The notes under the pieces were generated by a model that saw nothing but the letters and a program-made list of their open reading frames with translations, had not been told where the DNA came from and ran no database searches. This document shows positions 13,290 to 26,194 of a stretch of DNA of 64,000 bases, piece by piece (position 1 is the stretch's first letter; each line of letters starts with the position of its first letter). The stretch comes from Vicugna vicugna (taxonomy: Eukaryota): the NCBI GenBank assembly GCA_013265495.1, contig MU058384.1, positions 5,142,792-5,206,791 on the forward strand. The letters are read 5' to 3'. Made by a program: the position numbers and the translations under genes.

Positions 13290-13685
13290 CTGAAAGGGCC
13301 AAGTGAACACTAGGAGCCGGGAGTGGGACAACCGGGGAGGGGCGGAAGGGGACAAAAGTCTTCATGTGCCAGTGGTGACTTGTCGACTTTCTGCCCCAAG
13401 CTCACTCCTCAGGGCTTCGCTCCGGGCTGCCAGGGCTGGGAGCTGCAAACCGTCTGTCTCACAGACACTTGCCAGCCGGCTTCTAGCTGAGGGGAGGCAC
13501 TAGGAAGAGCCTGGAAAGAGCGGGAGGAAGAAGACACTGCCTCTCCAGCAACAGCCGGCAGCGCCTGCTCCGGCCTCGGCTGCCCGGCCCTGCCCGCATC
13601 AGCCACACCAGGTGCCTTTGAAGCACCCGCCCCATCTGGGGATGGAGGGCGGCGGGGGCTTCTGGTAGCGCCCCCCTCTGCTTGT
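13290..13685. promoter_or_regulatory. GC/CpG-enriched candidate regulatory element ~2.5 kb upstream of ALDH8A1
   Basis: Local GC and CpG enrichment with GC boxes (ggggcgg ~13339, cccgccc ~13626, gggcgg ~13647) against an AT-rich background. Confidence 0.4.
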
Positions 13686-15015
13686 TCCCAGTCTCAGAAA
13701 TGCTCCTTGCTTTTTGCAGCCCCTAATGTCTGGGTTATCTCAGCAGACCTGGGGTGCTCTGTCAGCCTCCAGCACTTATGTGACCATCTCCCGGTATTAA
13801 ACCTTGAAACGCCTATCGTGCTTTCGGTTTTCCTGAAGGGACTCTGGCAGTATCTAGCATTGTATTTCCTTGTCCGTGTATGCATGTTTTTACTTACATG
13901 TGACCAGATTCTAAAATATATCGGAAGAGGACCGAAAATCATCAACACAAGATTGAAAACAAATTAACCCGAAAAAGGAAGTGTTAAGAATTTTAATCTG
14001 AGAAAAGAAATTTCACCTTTACACTGTTTCCTGCTTCTTTAGTGGGTGGGGAGAGGGAGCCTCGGGAATCTGGCTCTGTTACATGAGTTATGATTCCAAA
14101 GTTTCTGCAGAGGCTTGGCGCTGCAAAGGAGAAAAGGTGGGCAAGTCCGTTCTTTGTTCAGTGGGTCCTCATAGTAGTTTTAAGATCCACAGGGAGAGGG
14201 GCCTGGAGCTTCGCTGCACTGGCACTGGAGGGATGATTGCTTGCACTGGTGATTGGCGAGCATCTGGAGCTTATCCAGAGAGAGACCACTTAAAGGTGGA
14301 AGCAGGAAGGGCCTAAGGGGCCAGCGAATGTCTCGAAATGACCAATAAATCTAGAATACTGACATTTAACATTTGATTAGATTTTAAAAAATCAACTATG
14401 TTAATGGATTTCAAAACATTGTTATACTCTAGTTGAGTATACCGTAATATTTAAAAACTCTACATGTCCTCTTCTCTGTTTGACATGATCCAGATCTCAC
14501 TTGACCATCTCAGATTCTCTCTACAATCATTTCTGCGTATGATAGTCAAGAATAATTTCTTTTTCCTTCTCAAGAATATATATGTATATAATATGTTTTA
14601 TAATACATATATTATTTTGTAGTTTGTCAGTTACTTAGTAAAAGACAAGTAGAAATATTTTCCTTTGGCTTCTTATCTACTTTTTTTTCCCCCAGTTTCA
14701 TTGAAAAATGGTAGACATACCTCATTGTATAGGTTTAAGCATGATCAACTAAATTTTAACTATAAAAGTGATGTACTATTATGAGCTCAAGAAATTTAAG
14801 ACTACATGGCGTAAAAAGAAGAAACCATCCACTCTCCCCTTCGATCCCTCAGTCATATGGGCATCCAAGGAGATTATATCATATAGATTATTCACCCATT
14901 TTCTTTTCCACTTAGCAATATATCCTTTCAGTGCTTAAATGATATTCTTCATTATGGATGTAACAATGAATTATAATATTTACCAGTTAGTGGACATTTC
15001 AGTTGTTTTCAACTT

Positions 15016-15144
15016 AAAAATTTTTTTAATTTTATTTTTTGGGGGATAATTAGGTATTTATTTATATGGAGGTACTGGGGATTGAACCCAGGACCTCGTG
15101 CCTGCTAAGTATGTGCTCTACCACTGAGCTATACCTTCCTCCCC
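15016..15144 (-). mobile_element. tRNA-derived SINE (camelid vic-1-like), ~1 kb upstream of ALDH8A1 ATG
   Basis: Reverse complement reads ggtatagctcagtggtagagcac...ggtcctgggttcaatccccagtacctcc (A and B boxes) plus an A-rich tail; diverged TSD ttgttttcaactt / ttgttctcaattt. Confidence 0.88.
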
Positions 15145-15839
15145 TTGATTGTTCTCAATTTTTTAAATTACCATAAAACATGATACTTTATGTCTTATCT
15201 CCTTGCACATGAGCAGGTAATTCTGCAGGAGAGAATCCTGGAGAGGGGGAGAATGCCAGACCCAAGAGAGGCAGGTATAGAGGTTAACAATGCCAAGCTG
15301 TCCTTACTGTGTTCTGTGCACCCTCCCAGCAGCCGAGTAGGAAAGCACATTCTGTCCCACATCTGAAGGTGGAGTGGATGTTTCAGATCTTTGAAAACGT
15401 TTTCCAGTCTGCTAGGCAACTCAGGCATCTTTGCATCTCACATTCCCAGACTGTCAGAGACGCAGAGCATCCTTTCACACACTCATTAGCTCACTGTGTT
15501 CCTGCCAAGGTAAAGGGAAACTGGTGAGTGATGGAAAGAGAGAGGCTGTCTTCAGCCATCTCTGAGGATGAGGGCAGTGATGCGAGGAAAAAAGCACATG
15601 ATTTGGAGACAAACAGATTCAGGTTTACCCTTACTAACTATGCAACTTTGGACAAATTCACCTCTCTGGTGCTGTTTTTTTCTACAAAACAGGAGAAGTA
15701 ATGACATTTACTCTCTATAGGGTTGTTGTGTGAAATAAATGAATAAATTCATGTAAAGGACCTGCCTCAGCGGCCTGGCATTTAATCAGCATTTGAGCAA
15801 TGAATAGTTTATAGGATGAACCCAGTAAAATGATATACA

Positions 15840-16124
15840 CAGATGCCTTTTGACCATTTTAAAGGGCTATGAACTCATAAGTTGATGTGAGTTTAACATA
15901 CTAGCATCCATTTCTCATGGTGCACTGGACGGCTGTGAAATATTTGGGAACTCTCTTCGTCAGAGCTGGGAGCCTGGAATATTCTTGGAGAATGTCAAGT
16001 CACCTCCCACTTTCACTGATTGGCCAGTGAGGACCTTGGGGCTGGAAATGAGGAGGAGGCCAAGTCAAGAGTCAGGAGAGTTGGGGGAGAACCTCACTGA
16101 GCACAGGCAGCTGTGGCCTTCACC
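15840..16124 (+). promoter_or_regulatory. ALDH8A1: ALDH8A1 proximal promoter / 5' UTR
   Basis: Immediately upstream of Kozak-like caccATGG. DR1-like TGCCTT-T-TGACCA (15844-15856), inverted CCAAT (gattgg ~16018) and NR5A-like ggaccttgg (~16031). No clear TATA box. Confidence 0.5.
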
Positions 16125-16262
16125 ATGGCTGCATCGAGGGCACTTCTGACGCTGGAAAACTTCATAGGTGGAAAATTTTTACCTTGTAACTCATACTTGG
16201 ACTCCTACGATCCCTCTACGGGAGAGGTGTACTGCAGAGTGCCAGACAGCGGAAAAGAAGAG
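16125..16262 (+). CDS. ALDH8A1: ALDH8A1 exon 1: MAASRALLTLENFIGGKFLPCNSYLDSYDPSTGEVYCRVPDSGKEE
   Basis: caccATGG start; donor GAG|gtgagt; 138 nt. Confidence 0.96.
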
Positions 16263-17784
16263 GTGAGTGTATTCACTCAGGGAAGATTGAAATGTACTTA
16301 GCCTGTGAGAGACTTGATTTCCTGGGATCAAAGGAGATTGAGAAAAGGCGTAGAATTGTTAAACATCAGCAGAAGGAAGAGTTTAGTTCTAGGAAGATTT
16401 ACTTTGTAATTGGGTACTTACCACACACGAAACAAATCTCAGATTTGCAGAAGCAAATCATGATCTAGGTAGCTTAACACACCATCACTGTTCTCAGACA
16501 CGACTTAGTGGTTGCCTGGTAAAAAGCATTATTTGTAAGAATTATCAGTGTTACTACATGCTCCCTTTCCTCTACCAAGTGTTGCCTAAATTTGCCATTA
16601 TATTCATGGATTCCCCCAAATGTGTTACTTCACTAAAACAAACAACATTTAAAAACCCAGGGATTTATTTTAGATTATCCTCTAATAATTCTTCATGTCT
16701 TCAAAATACCTAGTAAAGTAAAACCAGTCATTTAAATGGTGAAATGCAGAATCAAATTCCTATACATTTTTGGAGTTACATTTAACACTATCCTTTTTCT
16801 TACTCAGCGTACGTAATGGCACCCACATTAAAATTCTTTTCAGCGATGTAGAATTAATATTATTGAGGAATTTTGTAAAATATTTGAGATATATTTGATT
16901 AGTCATCATTATTGCACAGAGAATGTAAAAGTATTTGGAATGATAAATGTGGCTGATGGATATATACTCATCTAAAGCCTAACAGATTTTAATTTATTTT
17001 TTAAGGCACAAAGAACTAGATTATTTAAAAGCTATCTGTAGCCTTCAAATATAAATATTACATGCATTTTTTAAAAAATAACTATTATTTCTCTCTTGTT
17101 AATAATGTTTTAAATCTGTCTTGCATTAAAAAAAAACCTTTAGACTTGTGGATTAAAGTTTGCAAATATTGGCTAATTTGTTGGTTAAACTGTAACCTGA
17201 AGTTTTGTTTGCTTCAAATGACCTAGGATAGATGTGGGAAATCCAGCTTTGTGTTTTCCAACCCTCCTTGTCTCAGAGTGCTTTCCAGAGTAAAGTTAAA
17301 AAAGACAAATATGCCAAATTCAGGTGAACTTCTCTGCCGCTCAGGGCTCAGCCCTTTCAGAAGAGAGAATGAGGGATGGAGTTACAGGCTAGTAAAGTAA
17401 GAGAGTTTGGATTTCCCAGCAATCCAGCTCTCAAATATTCTGCCTGATCCCCCAAGTCCTAGGTTTTTCTGGCTTGAAAAATATGGTTACCATGCAAGCT
17501 ACATGTCCATTTCTCCAAAAGTCACTCACTGAGCATCCTGCTGGTGCTGCCAGCGGGGCTCCCATTCGTTCAGCGTTTGCTTTGTGCTGTGCAGTTACTA
17601 AACAGCTTAATGTGAATTGTCCTAAATCTGGGTCGTAACAACCTAGAAGTAAGACTCTATCATCATCCTTATGTGACAGACCATAGTGTGTTAACACTCT
17701 CCTCTCTGACACTTAGATCAGTGATCATTCACACACACACGTAGGCGCAAACCTGTGTTGGCACCTGCACTGCAGCCCTGCGGT

Positions 17785-18005
17785 CATAAGCATGGACTGC
17801 AGTCCGACTGCCTGGCTTCAAAGGTCAGCGGCTCCGCTCACTCCCTGTGGTCTTGACTTAGAGCTGAACCTCCCTGTGCCTCAGTCTCCTCACCTACAAA
17901 GTGGGGATAATAATAATACCTACTTCATAATGTCCTGAAGATTAAACAGACCAACATGTGTAGAGTCCCCTGTGTCTAGCAAATAGTAAATGCTACGTAT
18001 TAGCT
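17785..18005 (+). mobile_element. MIR SINE remnant
   Basis: 'tgtgcctcagtctcctcacctacaaagtggggataataataatacctacttcata'. Confidence 0.75.
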
Positions 18006-18203
18006 TTGCAAATAGTATTATACAATATTACAAGTATTGTATGATATATATGTATTATATATAGTAGATTACTATGTATTCTATATTAAGTGGACATAGG
18101 ACATGTGACATAAGACAACTTAGAAAATATGACTGGACTTGAGTTTTCCGCTTTTCAAAAAGCTCAGTGTTTCGTTGCCAGCTGTAGGAAGATTCGATCT
18201 GCG

Positions 18204-18217
18204 CTGCCCCCTGCAGG
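18204..18217 (-). promoter_or_regulatory. Candidate CTCF site in ALDH8A1 intron 1
   Basis: Minus strand reads CCTGCAGGGGGCAG(CGC), one mismatch to the core consensus. Confidence 0.5.
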
Positions 18218-18884
18218 AAGGCCCCCTCCTCTCGCTGGCGGCAGCAGGCAACCTGGGGCTGCAGCTCCTGGTGGAGGTCACTAAAGCCCCCGTCCCTCCC
18301 TTCATTCTGCCCGCAGGCCCACTTTAGAGATCTAGTTTTTGAGGTGAAACCACCAACTTTCCAGAAATTTATCAGTAGGATGAGAATCATTTTCAACTTC
18401 ACTTCAGCTCAGTAGAAGGTGACTTTGTTCACATGAAGAAAACCAGAAGGAGTGTAGATCAGGCCTGGGGCGAGAGGGCAGCTGAACTGTCAGGTCACGT
18501 GATACAGGAAAGGTGTGCTGGCTGCCGGGAGCCTGTGGAAAAGGGCTCTGAGACTGAGCCCGGGCCCCGTGGTGGCAGAAAGCTGGGAGTGATAGTGAAC
18601 GCTTGTCGTGCACGTGGGAGAGGAGAGGGTGGGACACGGGCCCTGGATTTGCCATCTGGGAAAGGCATTTGTTAGACATTGCCTCACAGAGGAGGAAGGC
18701 AGCAGACAGCCTGAAAGTCATTCTGTCTGCGTGAACTGGCCTGGCCGATACCTTCCTGAGCATTGTTTCCTTTCGGATTAAGCTCTAAAGCCAGGTCGCC
18801 GAGGTATGTGTTCAACCACAGAGGACCTCCTCTCCTACAGAGGCCTCTTCCATCAGGCGGGGCCAGGCCGGGGGCAGGCCAGCT

Positions 18885-19075
18885 GTGGTCTTGGGAGCCA
18901 CACAGATCTGGGTTTACGTCCTGATTCTGCCACGTGTTAGCTGTGTGACCTCTGGCAAGTGACTTGAGCTCTCTGTGCTTCAGTTTCCTCATCTGTAAAA
19001 TGGGCATAGCGCTACTCATATTATAGAACTTTAAAAGGAATTTAATGAAATAATTTGTATAAAGCACTTAGCACA
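18885..19075 (+). mobile_element. MIR SINE remnant
   Basis: 'tagctgtgtgacctctggcaagtgacttgagctctctgtgcttcagtttcctcatctgtaaaatggg'. Confidence 0.85.
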
Positions 19076-19079
19076 TTCC

Positions 19080-19110
<31 letters not shown>

Positions 19111-19593
19111 TAGTCAATAAATAACTAATATGATGAGTCATTTCAAGTGGGAATGACAGTCTGGGATGTGATTTCAAACAAAATTTTTGATTTTATCAGA
19201 GATGTCAGGACTGGATTATGGGTTTGGAAATTCTACACACCTTGGCTCAGTTTGTTCTTTCATAGCATATTTTAAAAATTAGACATTTTGAAATGATTTA
19301 AAATGTATATCTGCTAAATTCAGTTAATGTCTTTCTTATTACCTGACTGCCACATCCTGGAGAGCTTGGTGCAAATGGAGCATTTTCCTTTGTTTTTTAC
19401 GGTGCCCCTGCTTTGCTGATCACATAAACACCAATTTGTGGGTAACTCTTCACTGGGAAGTGTTGAATGTTTGAAGTTAGGCAGAAAAAAAAGTTAGGCA
19501 GATACAGATTTGTGGATTCCAGATTCATCCAACCCCTGGGGAGCAAGACTCTTAGGGCTACACTCTCCCCTCTCTCCCATCTGCTGCTCTAAG

Positions 19594-19741
19594 ATTGAAG
19601 CCGCGGTGGAAGCAGCCAGAGCAGCTTTTCCAGGCTGGTCGTCCCGGAGCCCCCAGGAGCGCTCGCAGGTGCTGCACCAGCTGGCGGATTTGCTGGAACA
19701 GTCCCTGGAGGAGCTGGCTCAGGCTGAATCGAAGGACCAAG
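19594..19741 (+). CDS. ALDH8A1: ALDH8A1 exon 2: IEAAVEAARAAFPGWSSRSPQERSQVLHQLADLLEQSLEELAQAESKDQ
   Basis: Acceptor ctgctctaag|ATT, donor CAAG|gtgaga; 148 nt. Confidence 0.95.
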
Positions 19742-21102
19742 GTGAGACGCACTCACCCATCTCGAGAGCCACCTCTGCCGGCCTCCCCACCTCCCCAACA
19801 CTCGCTGTCTCTAGCAGAGCCAGGAGCGTGCCCCTTCTTTCTGGAAAGTTTACTACCTCATCAGAAGCTGCCCATTCATACCCTCCTTCCAGGTTGTCAG
19901 TTGATTTCTTGCCTCTTAACTGTACAGCTGGAACACAGGACACTTGCTTTATGTCTCCCCTCCTAGGCCCACCTGGCTAAGCCAACCACGTGTTTTTCAA
20001 GGAAAACCAGCCCAGGCCTCTGCAGGTCGAGGCTGCAGCTGGTCCACTTCTGCCTCATTCTCATGGTCAAGGCAAGTTAAGGCCGAACCCAAGTCCAGGA
20101 GGCCGGGATGTCAATACACTGACTGTTTGGTGGAAGAAATGGCAAAGATGTAGAGCAAAGGCAGGGATATGGGGTGAGAGGAAGAGTGAGGGCTGCTCTC
20201 GCAATCCTCTACCGATTCTAAGCAGAGAGTTTCAAAGCAAAGGTCATTTGAAGAGCAGTCAGTCAGTTACTTAGAGTTCCAATATGACAGACACTGTTCC
20301 ACTCCCAACACAATTTGCCAATTTTTTCGACTCCTTCCCAGAAGTCAGGGTGATGGAGTCAATGTCTGTAAATCTTTGTAATGATATCTGTTAGGAAAGG
20401 CCAGCATCTTTTAAAGTCATATACAGGTGTGCTGTCAAGCAGCCTAAAGTTGGGAAGCAGTATGACTCCAAATCCTTAAGAAGAAAATGCTCCCTGACAC
20501 TACAGAGTCTCACTGCCTCACTAAAGATAACTAAGGAACAGTCCAGGTAAGTTCCTATCTAGGATGTGTACTGGGCACGTGATGGGTGAGCAAGGACCAC
20601 ATGGCATCCTGGGCCGGGGTCCCATCACCTGTTCTGCCGCGTGTCCATCTTAATGACCCCATCCTGCGTTGGAGGGACAATTCATATCACCCCGTGTTTA
20701 TCAAAGTGGTTTTTTTTGTGATGTGCAAATATAGCTGTCTTTACACCCATTATTCCAACCCCTCTGTAGCAAATGCAGTGATTTTGAATTGAAAGAGCTG
20801 GGGTGGACAGAGTGGTAGCATCTGCTGAATACATGACGATGGCTGTGAATTGTTCAGTCCACAAAGCGAAGATTATTTGATTCAACTGTAACCCCCTCGA
20901 CATCATCTTGCAACCTCATACTTAATTGTTTCATAGTTTTATCCAACCATGATCAACACTCCCTGAGGCCAAGGAACACCCATCCCAGGATTCAAAGAAC
21001 AGAGGCTACTTCTGTGTGAGTTAGGATATGTGTACGGTAGTATCTCCACTAAGTTCCAGGTGAAGTACACTGACTGGACCTTCTGTTGTTGGCTTCTTAC
21101 AG

Positions 21103-21258
21103 GGAAAACCATTACACTGGCAAGAACCATGGACATTCCCAGGTCTGTACAGAACTTCCGGTTCTTTGCCTCCTCCATCCTGCACCACACATCAGAGTGC
21201 ACGCAGATGGACCACCTGGGCTGTCTGCACTACACGGTGCGGGCCCCCGTGGGCATCG
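21103..21258 (+). CDS. ALDH8A1: ALDH8A1 exon 3: GKTITLARTMDIPRSVQNFRFFASSILHHTSECTQMDHLGCLHYTVRAPVGI
   Basis: Acceptor ttcttacag|GG, donor ATCG|gtaggt; 156 nt; contains R109. Confidence 0.96.
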
Positions 21259-22745
21259 GTAGGTGCTGTGCTGTGAAAGCCTGGACCACACTTGCACACA
21301 GAGATGCTTGGTCAACTCTATAGAGCTGGTCTAAAGGAGCAGACTAAGAAAAAGGGAAGTAGAAACTTCTTCCACTTTATCTGAAACCTAGTTGGCCTTA
21401 AAAATTGAACTCTAGTTTATTTTCTTTGTGTCAAATTCCCTACTCATTCCTGGAAAATGGCTCTTGAGAAATCACAGGGGAAAGAATGATACTGAGAGTA
21501 AATTCACAAACCAGGACTTTTTTCCCTTGTAATTTTATCTTTATATATTTTATGTGGATTAAATAAATTAATAAGCATAGAGCACTTAGAACAGTGCCAG
21601 GTATGTGGTCAGTAAGCCTTGAGGTGAGGGAAGAGGGAAGATGATTTTACTTCCCTTGTTCATTTCTCTGCCTCCTGACCTTTAGAGGACATATATGTAC
21701 CTGCCATGTGTCAAGATGTCCACTGGATGTCGCTGTTTCCTCTGAGAAATAAACACCAAGCCTACATATTTCACTAGTTACATTTTATGACAGGATAACA
21801 GAAAATACATTAAAAGGAAAGAAAATAGGACATTTTACTACTTTGATTATTTGAACCCTTCGGAAATGGTATTTTCAAGGCATTATGAAAAGCTCAGACC
21901 TCCTCCTAAGAAGGGTGCTAACAATATGTCATGCTGCAAAAATTGTCCGTTATCCCCTAGCGAGCAGATTCTTTCAGTGGGAAATTTAATAATATAAAAT
22001 ATGTTTACATTCATAGCTCAGGCTTGAGGGCAGAGTGTAAAATAAGGTGAATCCATTTACTCATAACATGAATCTTATTTTTGCGCCATTTTATGGTCAG
22101 CAGCCTGCTGGTTTCAGAATACTACATGGAGACACACTCTAGATGTTGGTTCTGCTGCTTATCCAGCAAGCTTATCTGGTCAGGTTACAGGTGAGAACTT
22201 GGAGAGAGTCTTTTTACTAAAAAATGCTCCGGCTGGCTAAAACAGATCTTACAGCCTCAGAGCCTATTTGCTTTTACTTTACAAGTAACTCTAAACAGCT
22301 TGAGATTTTATGTCTCAATCCACAAGAGTTTAAAAACAGAGATGAAGACACTTAGAAGAAATACTGGTGGGCTGTTTAATAACGAGAAGGGCTGCTCACA
22401 CAATGTAAAGATCAGTCCGTAAATCTCAAAACTGATCACTTTCTGGAACTGTTTGGGGACCAGCGACAGCCTTTTAGTCCCAGAACTTATATTGCCATTG
22501 TTTGTAAATATAATTGTAAGTCATCAAGAAAGGGGTAAACGCCATTGATTCTAACTTTAAAAGGTACAGATGCTTGTAATACATTTTAGAGTTGTTTCCC
22601 TGAAGTTGGCTACAAGTTTGGGGTTTGGGAACAGTCATCTGAAGTTTCGGGTAGCATAAGGAGATTTTCATGAAGAACCCCCGCCTGGCACGTCTGCTTG
22701 GAGGGGCATGTCATTGCTGGCAGTGCTTCCCTTCTCCTCTGTTAG

Positions 22746-22895
22746 CTGGTCTGATCAGTCCCTGGAATCTGCCACTCTACTTGCTGACCTGGAAGATGGC
22801 TCCGGCGATCGCTGCTGGCAACACTGTGATAGCCAAGCCCAGCGAGCTGACTTCAGTGACTGCGTGGATGATGTGCAGACTCCTGGAGAAGGCAG
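22746..22895 (+). CDS. ALDH8A1: ALDH8A1 exon 4: [50 protein letters not shown]
   Basis: Acceptor ctctgttag|CT, donor GCAG|gtaata; 150 nt; PWN (N155) and KPSE motifs. Confidence 0.97.
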
Positions 22896-22994
22896 GTAAT
22901 AGGCGTCAGGGTTTGACAGAGGCGCAGGATTGGCTTTTGGGCTGTATGTTTGGTAGGCTTCAGCCACTTAAGGTCACTCACTGACATTTGAACC

Positions 22995-23144
22995 TTTTTT
23001 TTTTTTAAAGTTTTTTTTTTATTTATTTTTTGGGGGGAGGTAATTAGGTTTATTTATTTAAAAAAATGTTTTTAATGGAGGTACTGGGGATGGAACTCGT
23101 GCTTGCTAATTAAGCACTCTACACTGAGCTATACCCCATCCCCC
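22995..23144 (-). mobile_element. tRNA-derived SINE (vic-1-like) with small internal deletion, ALDH8A1 intron 4
   Basis: T-rich tail, 'gggaggtaattaggtttattt', 'ggaggtactggggatggaac', 'ctgagctataccc'. Confidence 0.85.
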
Positions 23145-26100
23145 TTGAAATGTTATTTTGGATAAAATTCTGCTCACCAGCAAAACAGATTCCAGGGACA
23201 CCTTTGGTTTCTGTCTCCTTGATCCTTTTCTGAGAAATCCCCTTCATCTGTGGGGTTCACCCCCACTGCTTCCTTTATCCATCCCCAGAACTGAGCTACT
23301 ACAGGACAGTCCCTCCCTGCAGGGGGCTCCAGGGGCAGCACAGTGAGCACAGGATAGCAGTGCAGGAACCGGCTTAACAAGCTGATGAAATCCGACACCA
23401 GCCTGCTCCAGAGAGTGTCTTCAACATCAGTCTTATGATTGAACCACAAGTAAATCTTGATGAAAAGAAGACTATTGCTGGGTGCCCCGCTGGTTTGCAC
23501 AGCTACAGAATACCATCGAAACAGCCCATTTTCGAGAGAATGGAATACACGTCGCTCCATTTTCCCTGAGTTTGGAACCGCTGCCGGTGGTTACACTACG
23601 CTGTTGTACGGTGGCTGCTTGCCTTCCTTCTGCTGATGGTGGAGTGGCTGCAGCCAGGGCGTGTTCCCAGCTTCCTTCTGGAGTGTTCAGCTGACACTGC
23701 ACCAGGGTTGGGGTAGCGGGCAGGAGGCTCCACCTTGTAACCTACGAGGAAGCGCCTCATTGCTAGGTCCTCAGCCCCTGTCTCTGCCCAGCCTGGGTGG
23801 GGATGATGGGCAGGTGGTGGGGGACAGGCTGTCTTCCTGGCTCCGTCCATCTCTGCCTTGCTGGCTTCCTTCAAGCCCACTGAGGAAGCCTCTGGGCTCA
23901 TTCAGAACCACAGACAGGGTGGTTGGTAAAAGTGCATCTCTCTCCCTGGATGCCTTTTCTCTCAAAGCAAAAACATACACATTGGCTTCCAGGAAAGCTG
24001 AACCCATTCTTTATCCAGGGTTTAGATGACATCTTAAATCATGCCTGTTTAGGGAGAGCATTGGGCCTGTGACCCTACTTTAGTCGCCCATCTCCTTGTG
24101 TCCCACGGAGGAGTGAGGCCTCCCAGCCGAGGTCTTTGGGATGATGTCGATGGATGCCCTAGGCCTCTGGATGGTGGAGGATATGAACTTGCCCAACCCC
24201 TTGAGTCCCAGAATGTGCCACCCTCCCTTATAGCAGTGATCACTTTCTAGCCCATTCTTTGCCAAGTTGAATCTCTAGTATCTGCAAAGGTCCAGGGCAT
24301 TTCTTCTCTGCCCGTTAACAGCAGCTTCCCTGGTGTGAGACCGAAGTGGGGCTTATGCTCAACTTCGATGGATCCCATGTCAGGGAGGATGCACGAGGGG
24401 GTGGGGAGGGCACCACAGAGCCGTGTTCCAGAGACTTCTCTCTCCTGCAATCAAACACGTCTTGATCTATGATGCCTTCTCTTTTCTAACCGCTCTCCCC
24501 TCGCACATAACCCGGAATCTGGTCTGCATGAGAGCTTTATGTTTCTGTTTATTTACACAGCATTGCTCTTGTTTCTTATGAATGAATAGATTTATTAGAC
24601 CAAGATGGTTCCTCCCTCCCTGGGCTAGCTTTGCCAAATTTTCCTCCACTGACAATCACTGAGAGTGTGATGGTCCAATTGCAGGTGATTTAAACCCTCA
24701 GTTTCTCCACTGGGACTGGGCGGGGGGTGGTGGTGTGTGAATCACATCTGCACAGCCCTGCTTTAGAGCACTGTGAGAGAAACTTTTAATAGTGTCAGGA
24801 AGGAAAGCTAAAACAACCTGCTAATGCATAACAGGTATTTCAGAAGTCAGTTCCTTTGGTCCTGAGTGTTCACGCCGTCTTAGCAGATGACCTTCTTTTG
24901 AAATAAAATCTTTTAAGATTTATTTAAGCACACCATGAATACCTCTTGGGCAGTTCTAGAATGTTTGTTTCTTTCTTGGAGGCACCAAATGTTTGCCCTC
25001 ATTCCTGGAGTGTCCACTGATGGCAGGTTTCTTCCTATTAATTTTTGTTCTGCTCTATTTAAGCTTAACATTCTCCTTGTTGCCACATGGCCACATCCTG
25101 GCATTGGAGCCACCTCCTTCCTTTTGCTGCCTCTTAGCCACCTCCTCTGAGTTCTCCCCGATTGTTATCTGCCAACTAAACTGCCTTCCTTCTCTTATAA
25201 GCAGAACCTCTTAAGGGCAGAGGGTGGATGTCTCTAGAAAAAGTCCATTAACATCTGTATCAAATGGCAAAATGGTACTGAGACATACTGGCCAGTAGAT
25301 AGCTCTTAATAAATTAACAGCCGGGCTCAAGGAAACACAATCAAAATGTTAATTCCATTGTGTGGAAGACACTGTCCGCTGCAATGAGCTCATTTTCCTA
25401 GGGTGATAAATATGAGGTGTTTCTGTGTTTCCTCTCACCCTTTGTTAAAATGGTGCTGTAAACATTAGAAATGATTGGAGCCATTTTTTGCCAGGATTTT
25501 TTGTCAGGTTTATAAAGCCCAATGGTCCACGTTCTCTGGCCCCCAATGCCCCGCTCAAAAAGATGCATGACCCATCCTGCAAATAATGGGAAACTTGTTC
25601 TTGTTTCTCCCCTCATCAATGGCTGGGAGGGTCTTTTCCCAGAGCTTCTTCTTTGCCCCAACCCAGATGCCAGCTGCTCTCAGACAGTGCCTGGCCCTGG
25701 GCCTGCCCTTCTCTGGCAATGACCTGTGTTCAGAACCCACCTAAGCTGGATTTCAGCAAGTGTGTGCTCTGAGTGCAGAGGTGGGGCTCTGCTAGACACC
25801 TTTCTCCTTAGGTGCTCACCTAAATGGGGCCTCAAGGTGATCGGGCGGAGGCTCTGCTCAGTGGGAAGTTCTTCTGGATGATAGTGGATCGTCAATGAGA
25901 ACTTATTACTTATACCTTAAAAATGTATTCCTGAAGAGATGATTTGAATCTAAGAGAGTATGTTTCCTCTGAGAAGAGAGTGTCTAACCTGGAGCAAGGG
26001 AAACTAGGAGCAGGGAAGTGGTTACTTTCCAAACCAGAGGATTTCTGCACCTACTCCAGCTCAAGCCTGAAGCAGCAGCGGGAGTAAACTCAGCTACCTC

Positions 26101-26194
26101 CAGGCAAATCCTAAGAGCTTCCTGGTCATGACGAAATTGCACACAGGTTTTTTTCTGAACATGTAAATCTTCCCAAAGTCAAGAACCTTTTCTT

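Noticed and set aside
16113..16124. Upstream GTG start extending ALDH8A1 (MAFT-)
   Set aside because: The ORF track allows bacterial-style starts; caccATGG at 16125 has a good Kozak context and gives the expected 487 aa.
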